Positions 15,103 to 22,778 of a DNA stretch of 32,379 nt are shown piece by piece. The stretch spans positions 1-32,379 of IMG/VR virus record IMGVR_UViG_3300032278_000065; one strand, written 5' to 3'. Position 1 is the stretch's first letter; every line of letters begins with the position of its first letter. The position numbers and the translations under genes were made by a program. The notes under the pieces are model-generated. The model made no database searches. It saw only the letters and a program-made list of their open reading frames with translations, and was not told the origin of the DNA. This DNA is from a virus (taxonomy: Duplodnaviria > Caudoviricetes).

Positions 15103-17304
15103 ATGCCAGAAAAACTAGAAGATTGCGTTAAAGATATTTTAGCTGATCCTGATTTTGTACCTGAAGAGGGACATGATAGAGAGGATGCGGCTTATGCTAT
15201 TTGTACCGCAAGGATGAAGTTAGATCAGGTGGAACAAGAGGCAATGGCTCATTCTGATTATGTAGAAAGTACACAGATGATTAAACGTACTCTTCAATTT
15301 GAAGCTAGAGCATTAGATGATACAGGAAGCGATTGGCGTATTCGTATTATCAATGCAGGAACATCAAGAAATAATAGAGAATATCCTTTAGATGTTCTTC
15401 ATAGAGATGCGTTAATTTTTGAAGGAGTTCCAGTTCATGCAGGAAATGGTAGAGATCATTCTCCTGAAGAACGTGGCGTTAAAAGTATTGTTGGGTTTAT
15501 TAAAAATGTAGATCGAGTTCCGGAAGGACTTGATGCTACATTTCATGTTTCTGATCCAACTCTAAGAGATACTCTTCTTGATTTACATAAGGAAGGAGTA
15601 TTAAGTTCTGTTGTTGGATTTAGCATTGTTGCTGAAGGACGATGGCAAAGTGATCAGGTAATGAAGTCAGAGCGAGCAATACAGCTAGTACGAGCCGACT
15701 CTGTAGATTTGGTTAGAGAACCTGCCGCAGGGGGTAAATTCCTTGCAGTTGCAGAGTCAGAAGAAGTTATCCATAAAGAAGAAGTCATTAATACAATTCC
15801 TTTTAAGGAGGGAAAAACAATGGAAATAACTGAGGAAAAGTTACAAGACCTTCTTGCGGAAGCCTCCAAAAGGGAAGCCGTAAAAGAAGTTATAGAAAGT
15901 GAGGAAGTAAGTAAGGTTGAAGAAGCTCTTACTCAGCTAAATTCCACTCTTCTTAATTCAGCGATTTCAGGTGCAGGTTTACCTGACATTGCAGAGAATA
16001 GAATTCGGGTTCAATTTGAAGGTGGATCATTTGATGCTCCTGCTGTTCAGAAAGCAATTGCAGACGAGAAAGATTATCTCGCTAGTTTAAATAAGGTTGC
16101 TGTAGAGAACGTCACCACTAGTAAGACTGAAATTATTGCTGATGAGGGTGACAAGAAACTTGCTCGACTGGATGCTTCTTTCACACCATCTAGAGTTATA
16201 GTAACTAAAGATGGAGAGAGAATTAAGGGATACCGAACCTTTACAGAAGCATATTGTGATTGGACTGGAAAGAATCCTTTTGAAGTTGGACGAGATGAAG
16301 TTTGGGAAGCATGGATGAATGGCTCAAGAGGTTATGCGTCTTGGCGTGAAGAAGCTGTTAGTAGGCTTTACACAGAAGCAATAGGTACATCTGAATGGGC
16401 AGAAGTTGCCGCAGACAGAATGCACAAAGCCCTGTTACAGAACTATGTTGATCTGCCTCAGTATCAAGATTGGAGAAAAGTAGCAAAGGTTATCAGCGTT
16501 AATGATTACCAAGCATACAGAGACATCAAAATTGGTGGCTTTGCAGATTTGGCAGTTGTTGCAGAAGCAGGTACATATGCTAACCTAACCAATCCTACAG
16601 ATGAGGAAACTTCAGTTACCATGCAGAAGCGTGGTGGTATCGCTTATCAGATAACACGCGAATTGGTGTTGAATGATAATATCGGTGCTGTAGCTGAGAT
16701 ACCTCGTGAACTGGCTCGATCTGCTGCTAGAACTCTTTATAAGCAGGTCTTTAATATAATGGGTGACAATGATCACACTTATCAGCCTGACTCTGTAGCT
16801 ACGTTCAATGCTGCTCATAATAATATTGGCACTACTGCTCTTTCTATTGCAGGTCTGAATGAGACATCAATAGGCATGAGAAGTCAGACTAGATATGGTG
16901 CTACCGCTGATGTGCTTGGAGCTGCAAATGCACCTAGAACATTGGTTGTGCCTAATGAGCTGACTAGCTTGGCAATGAGGATTTCAAATCCATCTGCTCA
17001 CGTTCAGGTCGAGTTAACTGCTGATGCTGATACAGATATAGATGCCGCACGATTCGCAGGATTAGATGTCATAACAGTTGACTACTTCACTAATGCTACT
17101 CAGTATTTCACCGTTGCTGATCCTGATGAAGCCGCAGGAATTGTGGTTGCATTCTTGAACGGTAACGAAGAGCCTGATCTGTTTATACAGAATGACGAGA
17201 CTCAAGGTGATACATTCACCAATGATGTACAAAGCATTAAAGTAAGGCACGAGTTCAACACAACTGTTGCTGACTTCCGACCGCTTTACAGGCAAATTGG
17301 GTAA
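15103..17304 (+). CDS. Prohead protease-scaffold-major capsid fusion (Mu gpT-like capsid domain)
   Basis: Protease-like INAGTSRNNREYP..H..GFSI..SVDLVREPAAGG; acidic helical linker; capsid motifs WRKVAKVISVNDY, LAVVAEAGTY, ITRELVLNDNIGA..IPRELARSAART and LVVPNEL. Confidence 0.9.
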   Translation: MPEKLEDCVKDILADPDFVPEEGHDREDAAYAICTARMKLDQVEQEAMAHSDYVESTQMIKRTLQFEARALDDTGSDWRIRIINAGTSRNNREYPLDVLHRDALIFEGVPVHAGNGRDHSPEERGVKSIVGFIKNVDRVPEGLDATFHVSDPTLRDTLLDLHKEGVLSSVVGFSIVAEGRWQSDQVMKSERAIQLVRADSVDLVREPAAGGKFLAVAESEEVIHKEEVINTIPFKEGKTMEITEEKLQDLLAEASKREAVKEVIESEEVSKVEEALTQLNSTLLNSAISGAGLPDIAENRIRVQFEGGSFDAPAVQKAIADEKDYLASLNKVAVENVTTSKTEIIADEGDKKLARLDASFTPSRVIVTKDGERIKGYRTFTEAYCDWTGKNPFEVGRDEVWEAWMNGSRGYASWREEAVSRLYTEAIGTSEWAEVAADRMHKALLQNYVDLPQYQDWRKVAKVISVNDYQAYRDIKIGGFADLAVVAEAGTYANLTNPTDEETSVTMQKRGGIAYQITRELVLNDNIGAVAEIPRELARSAARTLYKQVFNIMGDNDHTYQPDSVATFNAAHNNIGTTALSIAGLNETSIGMRSQTRYGATADVLGAANAPRTLVVPNELTSLAMRISNPSAHVQVELTADADTDIDAARFAGLDVITVDYFTNATQYFTVADPDEAAGIVVAFLNGNEEPDLFIQNDETQGDTFTNDVQSIKVRHEFNTTVADFRPLYRQIG

Positions 17305-17331
17305 ACCCTTAACGGTTAACTCCCATAGTTA

Positions 17332-17378
17332 AAAGGGGAGAGGGAGGTAAAATCTCTCCCTCTTCCCTTTATTTTTTT
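17332..17378 (+). terminator. Rho-independent terminator after the capsid gene
   Basis: AAAGGGGAGAGGGAG / CTCCCTCTTCCCTTT stem, then ATTTTTTT. Confidence 0.85.
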
Positions 17379-17389
17379 AGGAGATTTTT

Positions 17390-17533
17390 ATGGCTACAGA
17401 GAAAACTAAGACAAAAGCAAAAAAGACTACACCAAAGTCTGAGGCTTGTACTTGTTCGGTTTGTGTGAAAGCATCAACATCGACTAAAGAGTCTTATATA
17501 GCGAAACGAAAAGCTAAGTGTTTAAATAGATAG
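17390..17533 (+). CDS. 47-aa Lys-rich, Cys-containing protein (not in track)
   Basis: MATEKTKTKAKKTTPKSEACTCSVCVKASTSTKESYIAKRKAKCLNR with AGGAG RBS. Confidence 0.65.
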   Translation: MATEKTKTKAKKTTPKSEACTCSVCVKASTSTKESYIAKRKAKCLNR

Positions 17534-17545
17534 GGGAGAAAAGTA

Positions 17546-17842
17546 ATGCCAGTTAACTCATTAGTTAAAACTGTATCAACAGCAGGTACAGCGGAGAGAA
17601 TTTCGGCTACTCCAATATTTGTCACTACGGTTACATTTAGGGCAAGTAAAGGTAATACGAATGATGTTTATATTGGGGACAGTGGTGTTGGAAATTCTTA
17701 TCCTGATTTAGACGCAAATCAAACAGTAACTTTTGCAGCACCAACAATTGCGGGAAATGTGGAAGGTATAGACCTAAGAAGTATTTGGGTAGATGCTGAC
17801 ACAAATGGTGAGGGAGTTGATGTTTGGTACAACAGTTTATAG
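17546..17842 (+). CDS. Small beta-rich virion protein (decoration/spike-base-like)
   Basis: VTFRASKGNTNDVYIG pattern; GGGGAG RBS; follows the capsid gene. Confidence 0.65.
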   Translation: MPVNSLVKTVSTAGTAERISATPIFVTTVTFRASKGNTNDVYIGDSGVGNSYPDLDANQTVTFAAPTIAGNVEGIDLRSIWVDADTNGEGVDVWYNSL

Positions 17843-17857
17843 GATAAAGGAATAGAT

Positions 17858-18217
17858 ATGAGTGTTAATGATTCCCTTAGAACTCTTTATTCCGCACAAG
17901 CGATTAGTTTAGCAGATACTTCATCCTCTTCTATTGAAGTAGGAAGAAGTAGTGAGGTAACTATTTATATTAAAGTTACAGCCAAATCAGGAACTAGTCC
18001 TACTTTAGATTTAGATGTTGAGACTTCACCTGACAATGAAGATTGGCATAAAGATTCTTCCATTACACAGATTAGTGACCCTACAGTTACTTACTATGCT
18101 GATGCAGTTAAAGTAGCCAATTGTATTGGAAAATACATTAGGTTACGCAGTACAGCAGTTGGTGGGAGTGCTACTCCTAGTATGACTGTAACAGCTAGAG
18201 TGGTGGCAAAAGGATAA
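17858..18217 (+). CDS. Small beta-sandwich virion protein
   Basis: VTAKSGTSPTLDLDVETSPD..W..GKYIRLR pattern, typical of head-region decoration proteins. Confidence 0.65.
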   Translation: MSVNDSLRTLYSAQAISLADTSSSSIEVGRSSEVTIYIKVTAKSGTSPTLDLDVETSPDNEDWHKDSSITQISDPTVTYYADAVKVANCIGKYIRLRSTAVGGSATPSMTVTARVVAKG

Positions 18218-18220
18218 AGT

Positions 18221-18943
18221 ATGGCAACAACTTTAGAGACAGTTCGTGCTGAAGTTAAAAACATTACTGGAACTTTTCCATTCTTTACTGGAGAAAATGA
18301 AGTTGGAGATGGAGTTATTGATCAGTCTATTCAACAGGCGATTAATAATTTTAGTAGAGATGTCCCTAGAACAATAGTAGAAAGCGAGGTTGGTGATGGT
18401 GGAAAATATTATCCACTAAGCACTCTTGCCTCTTGGGAGGATGACTTTTCTTTAATAACTGCAATTGACTATGATTCAGGTGATCGCATTACTGGAGATG
18501 AGTTACCCCAGTTCCTTTCAGAAGATAATGGTGATTGGCAATATTATCGTAATAACAGTACAAGATATTTTGTGTTACCTAACCATTCACCTGCCGCAAC
18601 AATAACAATGATGATCACATATACAGCTAGACATAGTTTAGATTCCACCTCTTCAACTATTCCTACGCAATACGAGAAAGCTGTTGTTTATTTGTCTGTA
18701 GCAGAACTCGCTTCTACGCTTTCTTTTCATGCTGAGAAAGCAATAGACCCTCCTGCCGGAGCAACTTATATTTCTATGAGAAATAAATCCAGTGGATTCC
18801 GATCTGTTGGAGATCATTTTAGAGAAAAGTATATTGATGAGTTGGGAGGTCAGGGAGTAGTTGGTGCAAGTTTTTGGAGAGATTTTGATCAAGAGTTTGC
18901 AACTGGTGAAAAATATTTTTACCATAACTACGCAGGTAGCTAA
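18221..18943 (+). CDS. Putative head-tail adaptor
   Basis: Position; helical N-terminus (IDQSIQQAINNFS) and STIPTQYEKAVVYLSVA motif. Confidence 0.6.
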   Translation: MATTLETVRAEVKNITGTFPFFTGENEVGDGVIDQSIQQAINNFSRDVPRTIVESEVGDGGKYYPLSTLASWEDDFSLITAIDYDSGDRITGDELPQFLSEDNGDWQYYRNNSTRYFVLPNHSPAATITMMITYTARHSLDSTSSTIPTQYEKAVVYLSVAELASTLSFHAEKAIDPPAGATYISMRNKSSGFRSVGDHFREKYIDELGGQGVVGASFWRDFDQEFATGEKYFYHNYAGS

Positions 18944-19476
18944 TGACTACAGGAAATGCCACACCAACAAATGTTACGTTAAAAACAAGAGCTGTTATTG
19001 AGGATGCCTCTGCAAAGATTTTAGATTCCATTGAGTGTAAAAATATTTTTATGGAAGACTTAGAGCCATTAGTAACTACACAGGCATTTGTGGATATGTT
19101 ACGAATAAATGCAGGGTTAAACCAACCTCATTATGAAGGATGGTTTTTACATCGTAATGGATTTAGACAAGATTCTAGTGCTGTAACTAATGCTTATCAA
19201 TACGATACTGTGCATGATATGATTGTGACAGGATTGGCATTTCATGGCTCATTCTCAGAAAGTTATAAGTACATACAAGATAAAACAGAAGAATTATTTT
19301 GGACGTTAGAAAAAAATAAGAATATGTTAGGCAATGAAACAATTAAGTACATCGAAGGGATGAGTGTTAACTTTTCCTTTGAGCAGTTTGGAGAGATGTA
19401 TTTATATCGTTCCCAAACTTCTTTTACTGCCCATAGTTTAATAATAGAAACTGACGGTAGAGTTTATACGAGTTAA
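18943..19476 (+). CDS. Putative tail terminator/completion protein
   Basis: Position directly before the tail tube gene; size and alpha/beta pattern fit. Confidence 0.5.
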   Translation: MTTGNATPTNVTLKTRAVIEDASAKILDSIECKNIFMEDLEPLVTTQAFVDMLRINAGLNQPHYEGWFLHRNGFRQDSSAVTNAYQYDTVHDMIVTGLAFHGSFSESYKYIQDKTEELFWTLEKNKNMLGNETIKYIEGMSVNFSFEQFGEMYLYRSQTSFTAHSLIIETDGRVYTS

Positions 19477-19491
19477 TGGAGGATATACGAT

Positions 19492-20769
19492 ATGGCAATT
19501 AGATCAGCAACAGAGCAGGTAACAATTGGCTTGCAAGCAAGCATTGGTGGTACAAGTGCTGTCAATCATATAGTTCCTGTTAACACAGGTAGCTTTTCAG
19601 CAACGGAAACCTTTGAAAACATTATGGACACAGGAAGACGCGGTTCAGAAGCTATGGACTTTAACTCCTTTAGAGGTGTTGGTTCTACTGAAATTACTTT
19701 TGAATTTCCTATGATGTATGGAAAGGCAACTCCAGGAGCCGGTGGTAATGGAGCTACAGGTTCTGTATTAGGTATTTTAGTTAGGAATTTACTTGGAACG
19801 AATATAAATAGAACAGCTCTAGGTGGTGCAACAACTGCAACTAGAGCAGAAAATTTAGAAGATAATTCTGCTGCTGCAACTACAGGTTTTGCAACTTACT
19901 TTAGGTTAGCTAACGGTTCAGATTATGCACAAGAGTTTCTAACTGTAGGAAGAAAACTAGAGGGAACAAATTTAGATACGTTGTATTATGACTGTAGAGT
20001 TACAGAGATAGGTATTTCTGCTAATGCAGGAGAAGGGCCTGTAATGATTACAGCAAATCTTACAGGACAACCGTTCACTAAGTCAGCCGTTACTGTTAAT
20101 ACAAGTTACTTTACTCAATCAGAAAAAATTGCATTGGGATGGGAAAACAGTATGATTGATACCGTTATTCCTACTGGTGCATCAAAGGCTCTTAGTCCTT
20201 GGTTATTAGGGGTTAACCTCTATTCTACTAATGGCACTAATGCCGCCAATAGAATGATTAGTACAGAGATAACTATGACTAGAGAGGCAACTCCTGTTTA
20301 TGGATTAGGAAATACTAATGGGTTTAATAATCTTTATATGGGGCCATTGGGAGTAACCTTTAGTGCTACTGCTCAACTTAATGAATCTGAACTAGAGAGA
20401 GCAAGAGCAGGTATGCCTTTAAATGATAGTCTTAGTGGATTCACTTCCAGTAAAACAATATTTGGATTTAGTTCAGGTACAGGTGATGGTACTGCAACTG
20501 CCGCAGAAACAAGGGCTTTATCTATTGGTATGACTGCTGTTACTGCATTGGAAGCACCTTTAGTTTTGGATACTTCAGGGGCATATACTACTATTGCGAT
20601 ATCAGGACGAGCATTAGCTACAACTGGAGATTTGCCTTTAAGTGGAGATGCCTATACTGGATCGAGTAATCCTAGAAGAAGTCCTGTAGAAATTATGTTG
20701 ATTGAACAAGGAAAATCAAATACTGTGAACACAGGTAGACCTAGTTATGGTGGGGATGCAACAGTTTAA
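19492..20769 (+). CDS. Major tail (tube) protein
   Basis: T/G/A-rich 425 aa, GGAGG RBS, DTGRRGS, YYDCRVTEIGIS; upstream of the chaperone and tape measure genes. Confidence 0.75.
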   Translation: MAIRSATEQVTIGLQASIGGTSAVNHIVPVNTGSFSATETFENIMDTGRRGSEAMDFNSFRGVGSTEITFEFPMMYGKATPGAGGNGATGSVLGILVRNLLGTNINRTALGGATTATRAENLEDNSAAATTGFATYFRLANGSDYAQEFLTVGRKLEGTNLDTLYYDCRVTEIGISANAGEGPVMITANLTGQPFTKSAVTVNTSYFTQSEKIALGWENSMIDTVIPTGASKALSPWLLGVNLYSTNGTNAANRMISTEITMTREATPVYGLGNTNGFNNLYMGPLGVTFSATAQLNESELERARAGMPLNDSLSGFTSSKTIFGFSSGTGDGTATAAETRALSIGMTAVTALEAPLVLDTSGAYTTIAISGRALATTGDLPLSGDAYTGSSNPRRSPVEIMLIEQGKSNTVNTGRPSYGGDATV

Positions 20770-20779
20770 TCTAATTTAG

Positions 20780-21034
20780 TCTCCTCTCTCTTGCACATGA
20801 TATTGACGAATATCATGTGCTTTAGTAAAGGTTACAGTTAGAGTGTAAGTATGGTATCTCAAATAGAAGTATTAGAAAGGTTAGAAGGTGAAGGTTACGA
20901 GATAACCAAAAGAACTCTTGGTTACTGGAGAGGAAAGGGTTTGTTGCCACCATTGGAGAGAGATGGTCAACAGTATTATTGGGAAGAGAATGTAATAGAG
21001 AGAGTTAAGGATTTATGTAGCAAGAGAGAGGAGA
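20780..21034. repeat. 15-bp perfect long-range inverted repeat
   Basis: TCTCCTCTCTCTTGC (20780-20794) and GCAAGAGAGAGGAGA (21020-21034). Confidence 0.75.
20793..20820. promoter_or_regulatory. Perfect 12-bp-arm inverted repeat covering a TTGACG -35-like hexamer (operator or hairpin)
   Basis: GCACATGATATT-gacg-AATATCATGTGC, 30 bp upstream of the MerR-like gene. Confidence 0.65.
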
Positions 21035-21198
21035 GTGTTCTATGTGAGATAGAGTTGGAAGGAATTAAATTTCCTGTTGAGAGAGTTGAGATAAAGAGAT
21101 TTAGAGGAGAGTTAAAAGCTATCATTTATTTAGAAGATGGTCGCTTTATATTAAAGAAAGTAAGAGAGGAGTTTATTAATGCCATTTCCATCAGCTAG
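20851..21198 (+). CDS. MerR-type HTH DNA-binding protein
   Basis: ITKRTLGYWRGKGLLPPLERDGQQYYWEENVIERV matches the MerR winged HTH. Confidence 0.8.
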   Translation: MVSQIEVLERLEGEGYEITKRTLGYWRGKGLLPPLERDGQQYYWEENVIERVKDLCSKREESVLCEIELEGIKFPVERVEIKRFRGELKAIIYLEDGRFILKKVREEFINAISIS

Positions 21199-21526
21199 AA
21201 AAAAGGTAACTTTAGAAGAAATTGATTGTCCTGAATATTGGTGTGAGTTTAAAACTATGACAGGAATGAAATACAGGGATGTTAAGAAGATGATTAACTC
21301 TACTGATGCTAATGATGATGAGGCTGATCATGTTGGTAATCTTTTAAAACAAACAATTCTTTCTTGGAATTTACCTGAAGAAGATGGTGGTGAGGTATTA
21401 CCTATTCCTTCTCAAGATGAAACTTCTGCAGAAAGACTTCCTAATATTGTCGTTAACTTTTTAGTTGAACAAATATCTGGTTCAGATGGGAGTGCTGAAA
21501 CTGAAAATTTAGAATCAACCTCCTGA
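21179..21526 (+). CDS. Tail assembly chaperone (gpG-like)
   Basis: ILSWNL..DGGEVLP motif; position; GAGGAG RBS; slippery heptamer near the 3' end. Confidence 0.8.
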   Translation: MPFPSARKKVTLEEIDCPEYWCEFKTMTGMKYRDVKKMINSTDANDDEADHVGNLLKQTILSWNLPEEDGGEVLPIPSQDETSAERLPNIVVNFLVEQISGSDGSAETENLESTS

Positions 21527-21777
21527 ACTCATTTACTTCAGGGGGAGGATCAATACCAGAAGAATTTTGGGAAGTATATATAGCACAAGAGTTTAACACT
21601 ACTCCTTGGGATGTAAGGGAAAATGCTACATTTGGAGATGTGAAATTAATAGAAATTTGGTTAAGGTCAAAAAGCATGGGAGAAAAGGTAGCTAATCAAA
21701 GAGCAAGGGCAAAGTCAGCTAGTAGAGTTGATTCAGGTTCTAGCCCTAGAAGGATGCCTAGAGTAAGAAGAAGATAA
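21505..21777 (+). CDS. -1 frameshift extension of the chaperone (gpGT-like, about 199 aa total; not in track)
   Basis: In-frame A AAT TTA at 21505-21511. The -1 frame is open for 88 codons (RINLLNS...EVYIAQEFNTTPWDVRE...RVRRR) and ends at a TAA overlapping the next ATG. Confidence 0.85.
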   Translation, partial: KFRINLLNSFTSGGGSIPEEFWEVYIAQEFNTTPWDVRENATFGDVKLIEIWLRSKSMGEKVANQRARAKSASRVDSGSSPRRMPRVRRR

Positions 21778-22769
21778 TGGTTTCTGTTCAACTAACAATG
21801 CAAACAGATGATTCGTTAGACCTATTCATTAATGAGTTAAATGAAGTGGATACCGAAGGTATGCTTGTTATTTTAGAAAGAGTTAAACGAGATATTATTA
21901 GATTTTTAATACAAAGATATCAAGATCAACCACAACAAAAAGGACATGGGCTTACGATAGAAACCACAGGATATCTTGAAAAGGCTTTAAGAGAGTGGCA
22001 AGTTTTAGAAGATGCTGATGGAGACGCTAGACTTGTTTGGAATGGTGGACAAATGTCTGCTGTTCAAGAAGGACAATATGTTTCTACACCTTGGTCACAG
22101 ATTTATTTTATAAATAAAGGTAGAGCAGGATGGGGTGGAGATAATGATGACTTTGATGATGTTCAAGGATTTACTGCTTATGGTCAACCTAAAAATTCAG
22201 AAGGTAAAGTAGACTTACAAAAGTATTTAAACAGAAAAGGTGGAAGTAGTTCTGATGTAGGATCAGGGACATTTGTTAGCCCTCGTAGTGCAGAGATGTC
22301 TCACCAAGAGGGATTAATTGCTGATAAGAAAAGAAAGGCAGGATTTGATCCTGATGAATTAGGAGCATATAGATTAGCTATATATGAATGGTCGCAAACA
22401 AAAGGGCTTAGTCAATATTGGGCAGCTATTGCAAATAAGATAGCTAAACATGGCTCACAACCTTCTATACCTTCATTAACAGAGGAATTACTTGGAAGCA
22501 CATTCCCAAGTGGGGAAGCAACAATGGGAAAATTATTGATTGATATAATAGGTAATGCGGTTAAAGATTATCTTAATCAAGCAATAACTCCCCAAAAAGG
22601 TAAGATGGGACAAGCGATTCCTATTGCTAATGTTTTCATTAATATTGCAGGAAGATGGCAAGTAGCACAGGGACAAACTATTACAATTGGAGAGAAGGTG
22701 TATGGGGGTGGAAAATTTATTCCAAAAGGAACATACGGTCAAACTTCTGAAGGGCTTCAGATTACTTAG
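21777..22769 (+). CDS. Virion morphogenesis protein, possibly an expanded HK97 gp10-like neck/tail-completion protein
   Basis: Helical N-terminus then ETTGYLEKAL, later IYEWSQTKGL..IANKIAKHG; weak pattern recall. Confidence 0.45.
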   Translation: MVSVQLTMQTDDSLDLFINELNEVDTEGMLVILERVKRDIIRFLIQRYQDQPQQKGHGLTIETTGYLEKALREWQVLEDADGDARLVWNGGQMSAVQEGQYVSTPWSQIYFINKGRAGWGGDNDDFDDVQGFTAYGQPKNSEGKVDLQKYLNRKGGSSSDVGSGTFVSPRSAEMSHQEGLIADKKRKAGFDPDELGAYRLAIYEWSQTKGLSQYWAAIANKIAKHGSQPSIPSLTEELLGSTFPSGEATMGKLLIDIIGNAVKDYLNQAITPQKGKMGQAIPIANVFINIAGRWQVAQGQTITIGEKVYGGGKFIPKGTYGQTSEGLQIT

Positions 22770-22778
22770 GAGACAGTA

